NCBI GenBank assembly: GCA_038231275.1
Contig: JBBRLQ010000031.1
Coordinates: forward strand, 25,611-89,610
Origin: Polyangiales bacterium
GTDB taxonomy: Bacteria; Myxococcota_A; Polyangia; Polyangiales; Polyangiaceae
Reading direction: 5' to 3'
Length of the DNA stretch: 64,000 bases
The notes beneath the pieces were generated by a model. That model was not told the DNA's origin. It saw only the letters and a program-made list of their open reading frames with translations, and searched no databases. Positions 9,092 to 17,228 of the stretch are shown one piece after another (within the stretch, counting starts at the first letter, position 1; each line of letters starts with the position of its first letter). The position numbers and the translations under genes were made by a program.

Positions 9092-10067
9092 CCTCGCGCT
9101 CGCCCTCACGCTCTTCGCCGCGGTTCCTGCGCGCTCGGCGCTCGCGCAAGAGGATCCCGGAAAGGCCGCCATCCGGGAGCGCTTCCGCGCCGGGATGGAG
9201 AAGTACCAGCAGGGCGCGTACCGCGAGGCGATTGGCTACTGGGAGGCGATCTACCGCGAGATGGGGGCGCGCGACGGCTACCGGCTGTCGTTCAACCTGG
9301 CCCGCGCGTACGAAAAATTCAGCGATTTTACCGTCGCGGCCGAGCGATACGAGTCGTTCCTCACCGAGGTCGAGGTGCGGCGCCAGGAGAGCAAGCCGCT
9401 CGATCCCGTCGTCGAGAAAGAGGAGAAGGAGGCGAAGGATCGCCTCGAAGAGCTGCGCGCGAGCAAGGGGCGCTTGAAGGTGAACGCCGCGCGGCAGTCG
9501 CTCGACGCGAAAGTCGACGAGTCCGATCGGCGCGCCGCCGGCTTCGTCGCGTACGTCGCGCCGGGGCCGCACGTGATCGTCTTCGTGCGCGGGAGCGCGA
9601 CGATCGAGAAGCGGGAGGTGCAAGTGAAGGCGGGGGAGCTGCTCGAGATCGAGCCGCCGCAGGCCCCCGAGCCGGTCGTGCCGCCACCGATCAAGACCAC
9701 GCGCGAGGTGTCCCACCCGTTCACGCCGGCGGTCTTGTACGCGGTCGGAGCCGTCGCGGTCGTGAGCGTCGTCGTCCCGATCATCACGTACGCGCACGCG
9801 GCCAACGTGAAGCGCGATCACGACGGGATGCTCGACGGGAATGGAAACACCGACGCGTCGCAGATCAAGCAGGCGCGCACGCTGGAGGACGACTACCTCA
9901 CGGCGCGCACGACCGCGTACGCGACGCTGGCGATCCCGGCGGCGCTCGGCGCGATCACCGGCGGCCTCGTCGCCTGGTATTTCCTCGGCACGAAGGAGCG
10001 GGAGATCGTCGTCCGCCCCGAGGCGTCCCCCACCGGCATGGGCCTCGCGAGCGAAGTCCGTTTCTGA
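9066..10067 (+). CDS. Exported TPR + PEGA-like protein with C-terminal hydrophobic hairpin
   Basis: Signal peptide (ALA-QE); TPR helices (F..G...Y..G.Y.EA, FNLARAYE); GRLKV...V.PGPH beta domain; ends GLASEVRF; overlaps kinase stop. Confidence 0.7.
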   Translation: MSIRTPSLSLALALTLFAAVPARSALAQEDPGKAAIRERFRAGMEKYQQGAYREAIGYWEAIYREMGARDGYRLSFNLARAYEKFSDFTVAAERYESFLTEVEVRRQESKPLDPVVEKEEKEAKDRLEELRASKGRLKVNAARQSLDAKVDESDRRAAGFVAYVAPGPHVIVFVRGSATIEKREVQVKAGELLEIEPPQAPEPVVPPPIKTTREVSHPFTPAVLYAVGAVAVVSVVVPIITYAHAANVKRDHDGMLDGNGNTDASQIKQARTLEDDYLTARTTAYATLAIPAALGAITGGLVAWYFLGTKEREIVVRPEASPTGMGLASEVRF

Positions 10068-10076
10068 GGATTCGGC

Positions 10077-11399
10077 CTACTCGCCCTTCTCGATGCCGTA
10101 TTTGCGGAGGTACGCGCGCACGTGGTGGCGCTCCATCCCACTCTGCCGCGCCATCTCACTCACGTTGCCCTTCGCGGTGCGCGACAGGCTCGTGAAGTAG
10201 TCGCGCTCGAACGCCGAAATCGCGCCGCGCTTGGCCTCGCTGAAGGCCGTCGCCGCTTTGTTGCTCTGCGAGTCGCCCGGCGTGTCGCGCGCGAGGGTGA
10301 GCACGTCGTCGATCGCGCTCGGCGTCTCCGCCAACGTCGCGGCGACGCTCGTCACGTTCACGAGCTCGCGCACGTTGCCCGGCCAGTCGTACGAGCCCAT
10401 GCGCGACGAGATCCACTGCTCGACGACCTTGGCGTGCTCGGAGCGCCCGACCCGCGCGCAGATGTCCTCGATGAGGAGCGGCAAGTCGCTGAGGCGCTCG
10501 CGCAGCGACGGCAGCTCGACCCGGATCTGCGCGATGCGGAAGAAGAGATCGCTCCGGAAGCGCCCGGCGTTCATCTCCGCGCCGAGATCGCGGCGCGTGG
10601 CGGCGAGCACGCGCACGTCCATCGCCTCGAAGGCGTTGCCGCCGACGCGCTTGATCTGACGCTCCGCGAGGGCGCGCAGCAGCTTGGGCTGGAGCTCGAT
10701 GGGAAGCTCGCCGAGCTCGTCCAAGAAGAGCGTGCCGCCGTCGGCCTCCGCGAGCGCTCCCTTGCGTCGCTCGGTCGCGCCGGTGAACGAGCCCTTCTCG
10801 TGACCGAAGAGCAAGCTCTCCGCCAACGCCTCCGGGATCGAGCCGCAGTCGACGACGACGAACGGGCCGTCCTTGCGAGGGCTTGCGTCGTGGATGGCCT
10901 TGGCGACGACCTCCTTGCCGGTCCCCGTCTCGCCGAGGATGAGGACGCTGAGCGGCGTCGCGCTCACCTTCTCGAGGACGCTGAAGACGCGGCGCATCTT
11001 GGGCGAGTTGCCGACGAGGCCGCCGAAGCGCTCCGTGAACCCGACGTCGACGCGATGCTTCGCGGTGGGCTCGATGACGAGGCTCGACTGCCCGACGGTG
11101 AGCTCGCACGTCGTGGTGATCACGACCTCGCGCACGCGGACCGCTCCAATGAACGTGCCGTTGGTGCTGCCAAGATCCTTGACGAGGATGCCCTCGTTCG
11201 TCGCGCGCAGCTCGCAGTGCAGCGAGCTGATCTCTTGATCGGTCATCGGCAGCTGCGTGTTCGGATCGCGCCCGACGACGATGGGGTCCACGTCGATCGC
11301 GATCTCGCGGCCGTCCTTCGTCTTTGCGGTCCCGCCGCGCACGAACCAATGGACGACGCGGGCGTGGGTGGCGGCAGCGCGTGTAGAGCCGTCTGTCAT
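10077..11399 (-). CDS. Sigma54-dependent enhancer-binding protein with N-terminal FHA domain and Fis HTH
   Basis: FHA: VGR, ISSLH, DLGSTNGT; AAA+: GETGTGKE, GSFTGA, FLDE, FRSDLFFR, WPGNVREL. Confidence 0.93.
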   Translation of the reverse strand: MTDGSTRAAATHARVVHWFVRGGTAKTKDGREIAIDVDPIVVGRDPNTQLPMTDQEISSLHCELRATNEGILVKDLGSTNGTFIGAVRVREVVITTTCELTVGQSSLVIEPTAKHRVDVGFTERFGGLVGNSPKMRRVFSVLEKVSATPLSVLILGETGTGKEVVAKAIHDASPRKDGPFVVVDCGSIPEALAESLLFGHEKGSFTGATERRKGALAEADGGTLFLDELGELPIELQPKLLRALAERQIKRVGGNAFEAMDVRVLAATRRDLGAEMNAGRFRSDLFFRIAQIRVELPSLRERLSDLPLLIEDICARVGRSEHAKVVEQWISSRMGSYDWPGNVRELVNVTSVAATLAETPSAIDDVLTLARDTPGDSQSNKAATAFSEAKRGAISAFERDYFTSLSRTAKGNVSEMARQSGMERHHVRAYLRKYGIEKGE

Positions 11400-11519
11400 G
11401 CGCTTCTACCTTATCGCGCCCCGACCCCGAACGTCCCCGGAACCGCCGACCTTTGTGCCTGGACCTCTCCGCGTCCAGGTGGGAGATAGGAAATTCAGCC
11501 CATTTGAGCGGTTCGCGCG

Positions 11520-11535
11520 CGGCACATCCCCTGCA
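11520..11535 (+). promoter_or_regulatory. Putative sigma54 -24/-12 promoter
   Basis: CGGCACATCCCCTGCA (GG-N10-GC); predicted +1 near 11546, followed by GGGAGG (11552) and GTG 11563. Confidence 0.6.
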
Positions 11536-11562
11536 ACCGCTAGAATGGAACGGGAGGCTATC

Positions 11563-12438
11563 GTGTCCCACCTCTTCTCGCAGCACGGTCTCGGAGCCAT
11601 CGCCCTCGCCGCCGTCGCGCTCGCTTCGGTCGAGGGCTGCGCGGCGCATCACTCGGCCACGCCGGGCGACGACGACACCACGCTCCTCGCGCAGGACGGC
11701 TCGGACACGTCGGCGGCCGAGAACGACACCGAGACGATCTCCTCGTCATTCATCGCGGCGAGCGGATCGCTCGGCCTCGCATCCGGCGCAGACCTCGCCG
11801 GCGGGCAGCTGTCCGCGGCGAACCTCGGCGACGGCACGCGCGCGGAGTTCTACCCCGCCGGCTGCCTCACGGTGACGAGCGATCCGACCTCACGCGCCGC
11901 CACCTACGCGTTCGATCACTGCAGCGGCCCGTACGGCCTCCTCGACGTGACCGGCGTCGTCAAGGTCACGTCTTCGCCGTCGCCGGCGACGGCGGGCGCG
12001 ACGCGACTCGTGCTCGACTTCGTCGGCACCGGGCTCAAGATCAACCGGGCCACCGCCGATTGGAGCGCGCACGCGGAGATCGCGTCGACGGCGCTCGGCG
12101 CGCGGACGATGACGTGGCGCGCCACCCTCGCGGGAACGACCGCGCGCGGCCGCGCCTTCACGCGGACCAACCAGAAGACGGTCGCGTGGACGGTGGGCCA
12201 GGAGTGCGTGCTCGTCAACGGCTCGTCGGACGGCAACGTCACGGGCCGGCAGATTCACACCGACGTCATCCACTACTCTCGGTGCAGGGGCGAGTGCCCG
12301 GCCCCCGGCAGCGAGATCCGCATCACCAATGCGAACACCGGCAAGACCGTCGACATCACCTACGACGGCGGTCGCCAGGCGACGTTCACCGGCCCGACCG
12401 GCGGCCAGACGCAGATCGTGCTCGCCTGCGGGCTGTGA
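11563..12438 (+). CDS. Hypothetical Cys-containing beta-rich lipoprotein
   Basis: Hydrophobic leader ending VEGC; RBS GGGAGG 5 nt before GTG; paired cysteines. Confidence 0.7.
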   Translation: MSHLFSQHGLGAIALAAVALASVEGCAAHHSATPGDDDTTLLAQDGSDTSAAENDTETISSSFIAASGSLGLASGADLAGGQLSAANLGDGTRAEFYPAGCLTVTSDPTSRAATYAFDHCSGPYGLLDVTGVVKVTSSPSPATAGATRLVLDFVGTGLKINRATADWSAHAEIASTALGARTMTWRATLAGTTARGRAFTRTNQKTVAWTVGQECVLVNGSSDGNVTGRQIHTDVIHYSRCRGECPAPGSEIRITNANTGKTVDITYDGGRQATFTGPTGGQTQIVLACGL

Positions 12439-12610
12439 TTTCGTGAGCGAAGTGAACGGTCTTCTCGTCGAGTGAACGGCGTGCGCGCGAAGTGGGCGCG
12501 GTTGCACTGCGACGTGCGCTCGTTCGCACGACGGTCCCCAGATCGCCGCAGATCGCAGGCGATTCGTCGTCGCTCGAGGTTGGTCTACATGATGCAGTCC
12601 GTCGGCTTCG

Positions 12611-13720
12611 ATGAACAGAATCTCTTGCGCGCTGGCGATGGCAGCGCTCGCAGCTCTCGTTGCAGGTTGCACCGACCGAACCCACGCCGCAGCTACCGAG
12701 GACGAGCACGTCGGAACGACCTCCGCCGCGCTGACGGTCTTCGGATCGGGCTGGTCGCTCGTCAATTCCGGGGGCACGGCCACGCAGTGGTCCTATGACT
12801 CCGGCGGAGGGACCGTCGTTGGGAGCCACTATGGGACCGGCGGCTACCAAGTCGACTTCAACGGGATCCCAAACTCGAACCCCAGCATCGCGCACGTAAC
12901 GGCGTTCGGCGGCACCGCGCACTGCAAGGTCGGGTGGGGGCACCTCGGCGACTCGACCAAGTCGACGGTCTTGGTCAACTGCTATACGGCGGCGGGGACG
13001 CTCACCGACAGTGGATTCATCGTCTTCATCGACGCCCGCGCCGGCAACACCAGCAGCAACAAAAGCGGGTTTTTGACCGTGTCCGGCGGCAGCGCACCGA
13101 CGGTCTCGAACGAGTGGAACTGGTCCGGGGGGACGAGCACGGTGACGTGGAATGGGGACGAGTACGTCATCCAGGTCGCCGGCGTGTCCTACTCGAGCGC
13201 CAGCGCGCAGGTCACCGCGATCGGACTCGACTCGACGCGATGCAAGGTCGAAGCATGGGGAACCGCATGGGCGGCCGGCAAGGTGTGGGTGAAGTGCTTC
13301 GACACGCTAGGGCGGCCCGCGCCAGGGAGCTTCGATCTTTCGTACCTCGACGGCTCGGAGATCCCCGACAACGACGGCGGTCACACGCTGATCAAGCACG
13401 GGGTCGTGGACACGAGCTTCTCGGGCGGCGTTGGCTACGCGCCGTGCTCGGCGATCTCCTTCTCGGCCGCTCCGAGCGGGTCGCAGGTCCTCGTGTCGAT
13501 GACCAACGCGGGTCCCGTCAACGGAACGACGAGCGTCGTCCCGCTCGTCACGGCGCAGGGGAGCGACAATTCGTACTGCAACGTCACGCACTGGAGCGTC
13601 GCCGCGGACGGCACCGTGAGCGCCGGCGTGGCCTGCATGGATGGATCGGGGACCCCCATCAATGCCTCCTCGGTCAACTTTGCCACGACCTTCACGAGTC
13701 GATTCCACTGGCATTGCTGA
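12611..13720 (+). CDS. Hypothetical secreted lipoprotein with three tandem disulfide-containing beta repeats
   Basis: VAGC lipobox; VTAxG...CxV...VxC...G...F occurs three times. Confidence 0.75.
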   Translation: MNRISCALAMAALAALVAGCTDRTHAAATEDEHVGTTSAALTVFGSGWSLVNSGGTATQWSYDSGGGTVVGSHYGTGGYQVDFNGIPNSNPSIAHVTAFGGTAHCKVGWGHLGDSTKSTVLVNCYTAAGTLTDSGFIVFIDARAGNTSSNKSGFLTVSGGSAPTVSNEWNWSGGTSTVTWNGDEYVIQVAGVSYSSASAQVTAIGLDSTRCKVEAWGTAWAAGKVWVKCFDTLGRPAPGSFDLSYLDGSEIPDNDGGHTLIKHGVVDTSFSGGVGYAPCSAISFSAAPSGSQVLVSMTNAGPVNGTTSVVPLVTAQGSDNSYCNVTHWSVAADGTVSAGVACMDGSGTPINASSVNFATTFTSRFHWHC

Positions 13721-13805
13721 TCGCCAAGGATCGCTCTCTACGACTCTCGCAACGCGGCGACGGCACGACTCCGTCTGACGTCTGACACAAAAGGATCCGT
13801 CTCTC

Positions 13806-15443
13806 ATGAAGTGCCAACTCGTCGTCGGGATCGTGATCCCATCATTGGCCGTGCTCGGTGGCGCGTGCGGCGGAGATGCGCCAGCCGACGGCGTCGCCCA
13901 GGGCCAAATGGTGCACCACGTCGGTACGGTCGCTCAGGCGTCCATCTCCGACCCTCAGCAGATAAGGGACATTCGCACCGTCAATCCGGCGGCCGGAATC
14001 ATCCCGGTGCCGGCAGGATACGGGACGTATTGCAGCCTGATGAACGCCTCCGGCACCTTCAGATTCAACTGGGGCGGCGCCGGGAGCGACGCGTGCGCGC
14101 CTTATCAAAATACCGGCACGTGGACCGTTCAGCGGGCGGGGCTCTGGTCGGTGAGCCACAACAACAACGCCATGGTCCAGTGCACCTCGGCGGGCGGCTT
14201 TGGCCTCGGCATGTGGTACGGGTCGGGTGACTCGGCGCTCATCGCTGCCAAGAATGGCGCGACCGGCTCGAGCGTCAACTGCGTCTTCACCGTCGCGCCC
14301 TTCGCCCTTCCCATTTGGGGGAGCCCGATCAGGCTCTACGACTACACGCAGTACAACCAGTGGGGCTACAGCGTCTACGACGGGAACACCTACAAAATGC
14401 CGTGGAGCCCGACCGGTAGCTCGCAGGCGGCCGACGATCTGCAGAAGTACTCGCACATGCTCTGCGGGCCGGGACAGGGGACGCCGGGAGACGCGGCGAA
14501 CAAGCCGTGCACGACGACGGCGAACTGCGACCCCGGAATGATCTGTCACCACTTGGTCGCGTGGGATCAGGCGGCGTGCATCAACCCGCGGTGCGCCTCG
14601 GTCAGCCTCGACCGGACCGGCAAGGAGACGGTCTATGCGACCTCATGCGGCGTCGGCGCCATGGACGGCTGCAACGGCACCACCGAGCCGGTCGCGTTCG
14701 ACGCGGTCGAGGGCGCGTACGACTGGAGCACGCTGATCGACACTCCGCTGATCGCGATGGCGGACGGCCTCGTGGTTGGCTCGCAGTGCCGGGATTGGCA
14801 GGACAACGGCGGAGGCCAAGCCGGCAACTGTCAGCAGGAGCTCTTCATCGAGCACCAAGTCGGAACCGGCGTGTACGCCGAGCACTTCGTCGCCATGTAC
14901 CACCACATGGATTGGACGGGGAACGGGTGGCAAGACCCGAAGACCCTCGCGTGGTCGACCCTTCCTCCAGTAGGCACCGCCGTTCACAAGGGTGAGCAGG
15001 TCGGCCTCATCGGGCACTCGGGAAACGCCGGGAGCAACCACCTCGATCTCAGCGTCGTCAAGCTCACCAACCTGACCGGCGCGCGCGCCTATCCGCTGGT
15101 CCCACAGAACGTGAACTACAACACGTGCGGGGGAAGCGCGCCGGCCTGCCCACTCGGCTACGGCTGCCAGCTGCGAAACAGCCCCAGCACGAACTGCGCA
15201 ACGCAAGGGACGAACGCGTGCGATTGCGTGAGCGGCTGGGGTGTCAATGGTGGTCCCGGCATCATCGATCCCTTCGGGTGGGCGGGCGTCGGCGTCGAGC
15301 CGCAAGCGTGGATGTTCATCGGCCTGCCCTCGTCCGCCACGTACTCGACCGTCACGCCCGGGGCCTACAGCATCAATCTCTTCGCGACGCCGGCGCCCGG
15401 AGAGCCGGTGATTCCCCCCACGGTCGGTCCTACGGTGCAGTGA
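13806..15443 (+). CDS. Cys-rich lipoprotein with M23-peptidase-like domain (altered metal ligands)
   Basis: GGAC lipobox; YDW...TPLIAMADGLV, MYHHM, V.KGEQVG..G.SGN..HL, IDPFGW. Confidence 0.7.
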   Translation: MKCQLVVGIVIPSLAVLGGACGGDAPADGVAQGQMVHHVGTVAQASISDPQQIRDIRTVNPAAGIIPVPAGYGTYCSLMNASGTFRFNWGGAGSDACAPYQNTGTWTVQRAGLWSVSHNNNAMVQCTSAGGFGLGMWYGSGDSALIAAKNGATGSSVNCVFTVAPFALPIWGSPIRLYDYTQYNQWGYSVYDGNTYKMPWSPTGSSQAADDLQKYSHMLCGPGQGTPGDAANKPCTTTANCDPGMICHHLVAWDQAACINPRCASVSLDRTGKETVYATSCGVGAMDGCNGTTEPVAFDAVEGAYDWSTLIDTPLIAMADGLVVGSQCRDWQDNGGGQAGNCQQELFIEHQVGTGVYAEHFVAMYHHMDWTGNGWQDPKTLAWSTLPPVGTAVHKGEQVGLIGHSGNAGSNHLDLSVVKLTNLTGARAYPLVPQNVNYNTCGGSAPACPLGYGCQLRNSPSTNCATQGTNACDCVSGWGVNGGPGIIDPFGWAGVGVEPQAWMFIGLPSSATYSTVTPGAYSINLFATPAPGEPVIPPTVGPTVQ

Positions 15444-15561
15444 GTGGAGCGAAGCGCAGCGGAGCGAAACGCATCCTGGCCGTGAGGAGCGAGCGCCCTC
15501 AAAAACTCGCCGGTCCGCGTGGCGATGACGCGAGACGCGCGCTCTGCTAGAACCCGGCGTC

Positions 15562-16065
15562 ATGGCGCTGAAGAACATCCTGCCGGCCTGTGGCCTCTAC
15601 CGCACAACGAAGCCCCTCCCGGAGCACGACGCCGAGGTGCCCGCGGGCAGCCTCGTGTATTTCCACAACCACTCCGACTCGGGGCTGCCGGTCGTCATCG
15701 CGCCGGAGCACAACATCATGAACCGCTGGCATTTCCACGGTGCGGGCATTCCGTTCCGCGGTCTGTCGTGGGCCGACAGCCTGGTGAAGCTCCCGAACGA
15801 AGGCTTCTACTCGCTCCGGAAGGGGCTCGAGTTCGAAGGCGGCTCGTGGCCGAAGAGCACGCTCGTCCAGCTCGGATACACGAAGGCCGGCGATCCCATC
15901 CTCTTCATCGCGCAGCAGCGGGCGACGATGGAGGAAAACGATCTCTTCTTCTCGGACCGCGGCGTCGGCATCACGCGCGACCAGCTCGCCGTCCTCGAGC
16001 CCCTCGGCATCTTCATGGAGCCCGTCGCCGAAGGCGCCCACACCACCGGCACCCACGCTCACTGA
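15562..16065 (+). CDS. Hypothetical protein with two-fold internal repeat
   Basis: Typical codon bias; LPxxGxY...LV...GxP repeated twice. Confidence 0.75.
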   Translation: MALKNILPACGLYRTTKPLPEHDAEVPAGSLVYFHNHSDSGLPVVIAPEHNIMNRWHFHGAGIPFRGLSWADSLVKLPNEGFYSLRKGLEFEGGSWPKSTLVQLGYTKAGDPILFIAQQRATMEENDLFFSDRGVGITRDQLAVLEPLGIFMEPVAEGAHTTGTHAH

Positions 16066-16068
16066 GGC

Positions 16069-16497
16069 TCACTCCTTCGGCTCCTCCGGAGCCGGAGGCG
16101 GCGGCGCGCTTTCGTGGGTTCCCGAGAGGCCCGTGAATTCGACGCCGACGATGACGCCGTCGGGTTCTTCTTGGACCCACACGACGCGCCCTTTGCGGGG
16201 AGGGCCGTCGCCGGTGCCGACGTCGATCTCGAACTCCTGGCCGACCGCGATCTTTTCTTCGAGGATGACGCGAACGCCGCCGCGGCTAACGTTGAGCGCC
16301 CAGCCCTCGTGGTGGAGCTTGCCCTCGGCGTCACGGAAATAGACGCGCGTTGACACCTCGCGTCGGGCTCCGCCACGGCGCATCGCGTGCTGCCCTTCCT
16401 CGTCGCTGGCACCCGTCAGAGGGGACGCCGACGGCGGGGCCGCGGGGGGTGTGGGTGGCGTGGGATTACGGCGGTTGGTCACGGCGCGTCCAAGCAT
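16069..16497 (-). CDS. PilZ domain protein
   Basis: RRGGARR, NVSRGG, GRVVW, VGVEF; start uncertain (16497, 16482 or 16383). Confidence 0.8.
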   Translation of the reverse strand: MLGRAVTNRRNPTPPTPPAAPPSASPLTGASDEEGQHAMRRGGARREVSTRVYFRDAEGKLHHEGWALNVSRGGVRVILEEKIAVGQEFEIDVGTGDGPPRKGRVVWVQEEPDGVIVGVEFTGLSGTHESAPPPPAPEEPKE

Positions 16498-16728
16498 CCT
16501 AGCAGGTCTTCAAAAGAGGAATGGAAAGAGGCGCTTAGACCCGGGCGGCGGATCGCCCCGCCGAGGCTCCCGCAGGCGGCGGAAGTCTCCGCTCCACGAC
16601 GAGCGCTTGACGTCGAACCGCGCGGGGAAGAGAATTTGGTGCGTCAATCCAAGATCATCCCGTACGGTTTCCCGGTGGCGAGGATTTGAAATAGGTACCC
16701 TGGGGGGTGGCGGCGAGAAGAACCCACA

Positions 16729-17151
16729 GTGACGCCTCAACAACTAAAAAAAGCCCTGGTCGCGGCAGGATTCGAAGTCTTCCGCACGCTTGGCGATGAT
16801 GTCGTTCTCGCGGACCGGGTGCGCGAGAACCTCATCATGGACTCGGGCGTCCGGCTCAGGTCGGGGGAGCCGCTCCAGGTGAAGGTGGTCCTTCGGGCCC
16901 AGCGCGTCGACTTTCCGAGCGAGGAAGAGGGCGAGCTCTTCGCCCGGGTGCGCGCGTACGGCAAAGAGGTCGTCTCGATGGGCTTCGCCGAGATCGCCGC
17001 GACCGCCACGAAGGTCACGGATCCGGCCGACGCCGAGCGCACGCTCGACACGTTCTACGAGGTCACCTTCGCGAAGGACGTCGGCGACATGGAGTCGGCT
17101 CTGCCTGAGCTGAAGTTCGCCATGGCGCTCGACAAAGCCGTCCGAAAGTAG
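16729..17151 (+). CDS. Hypothetical protein
   Basis: Globular-looking 140 aa ORF with typical codon bias, same strand as downstream genes. Confidence 0.7.
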   Translation: MTPQQLKKALVAAGFEVFRTLGDDVVLADRVRENLIMDSGVRLRSGEPLQVKVVLRAQRVDFPSEEEGELFARVRAYGKEVVSMGFAEIAATATKVTDPADAERTLDTFYEVTFAKDVGDMESALPELKFAMALDKAVRK

Positions 17152-17228
17152 CCGCCGGCGCGCGCGCGTCGCTCGAGGGCAATGCGCGCTGGGCATCGAA
17201 GGGCGTTTTGCGCTAAGACCGCCCTCCC

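Noticed and set aside
10777..10794. GSFTGA instead of GAFTGA in the activator
   Set aside because: Common conservative variant; the key F and T residues are retained
15441..15510. GAGCGAAGCG-like repeats and a GAGG/CCTC hairpin as REP element or terminator
   Set aside because: No clear second copy in the window, and the A-tract is on the wrong side for a terminator
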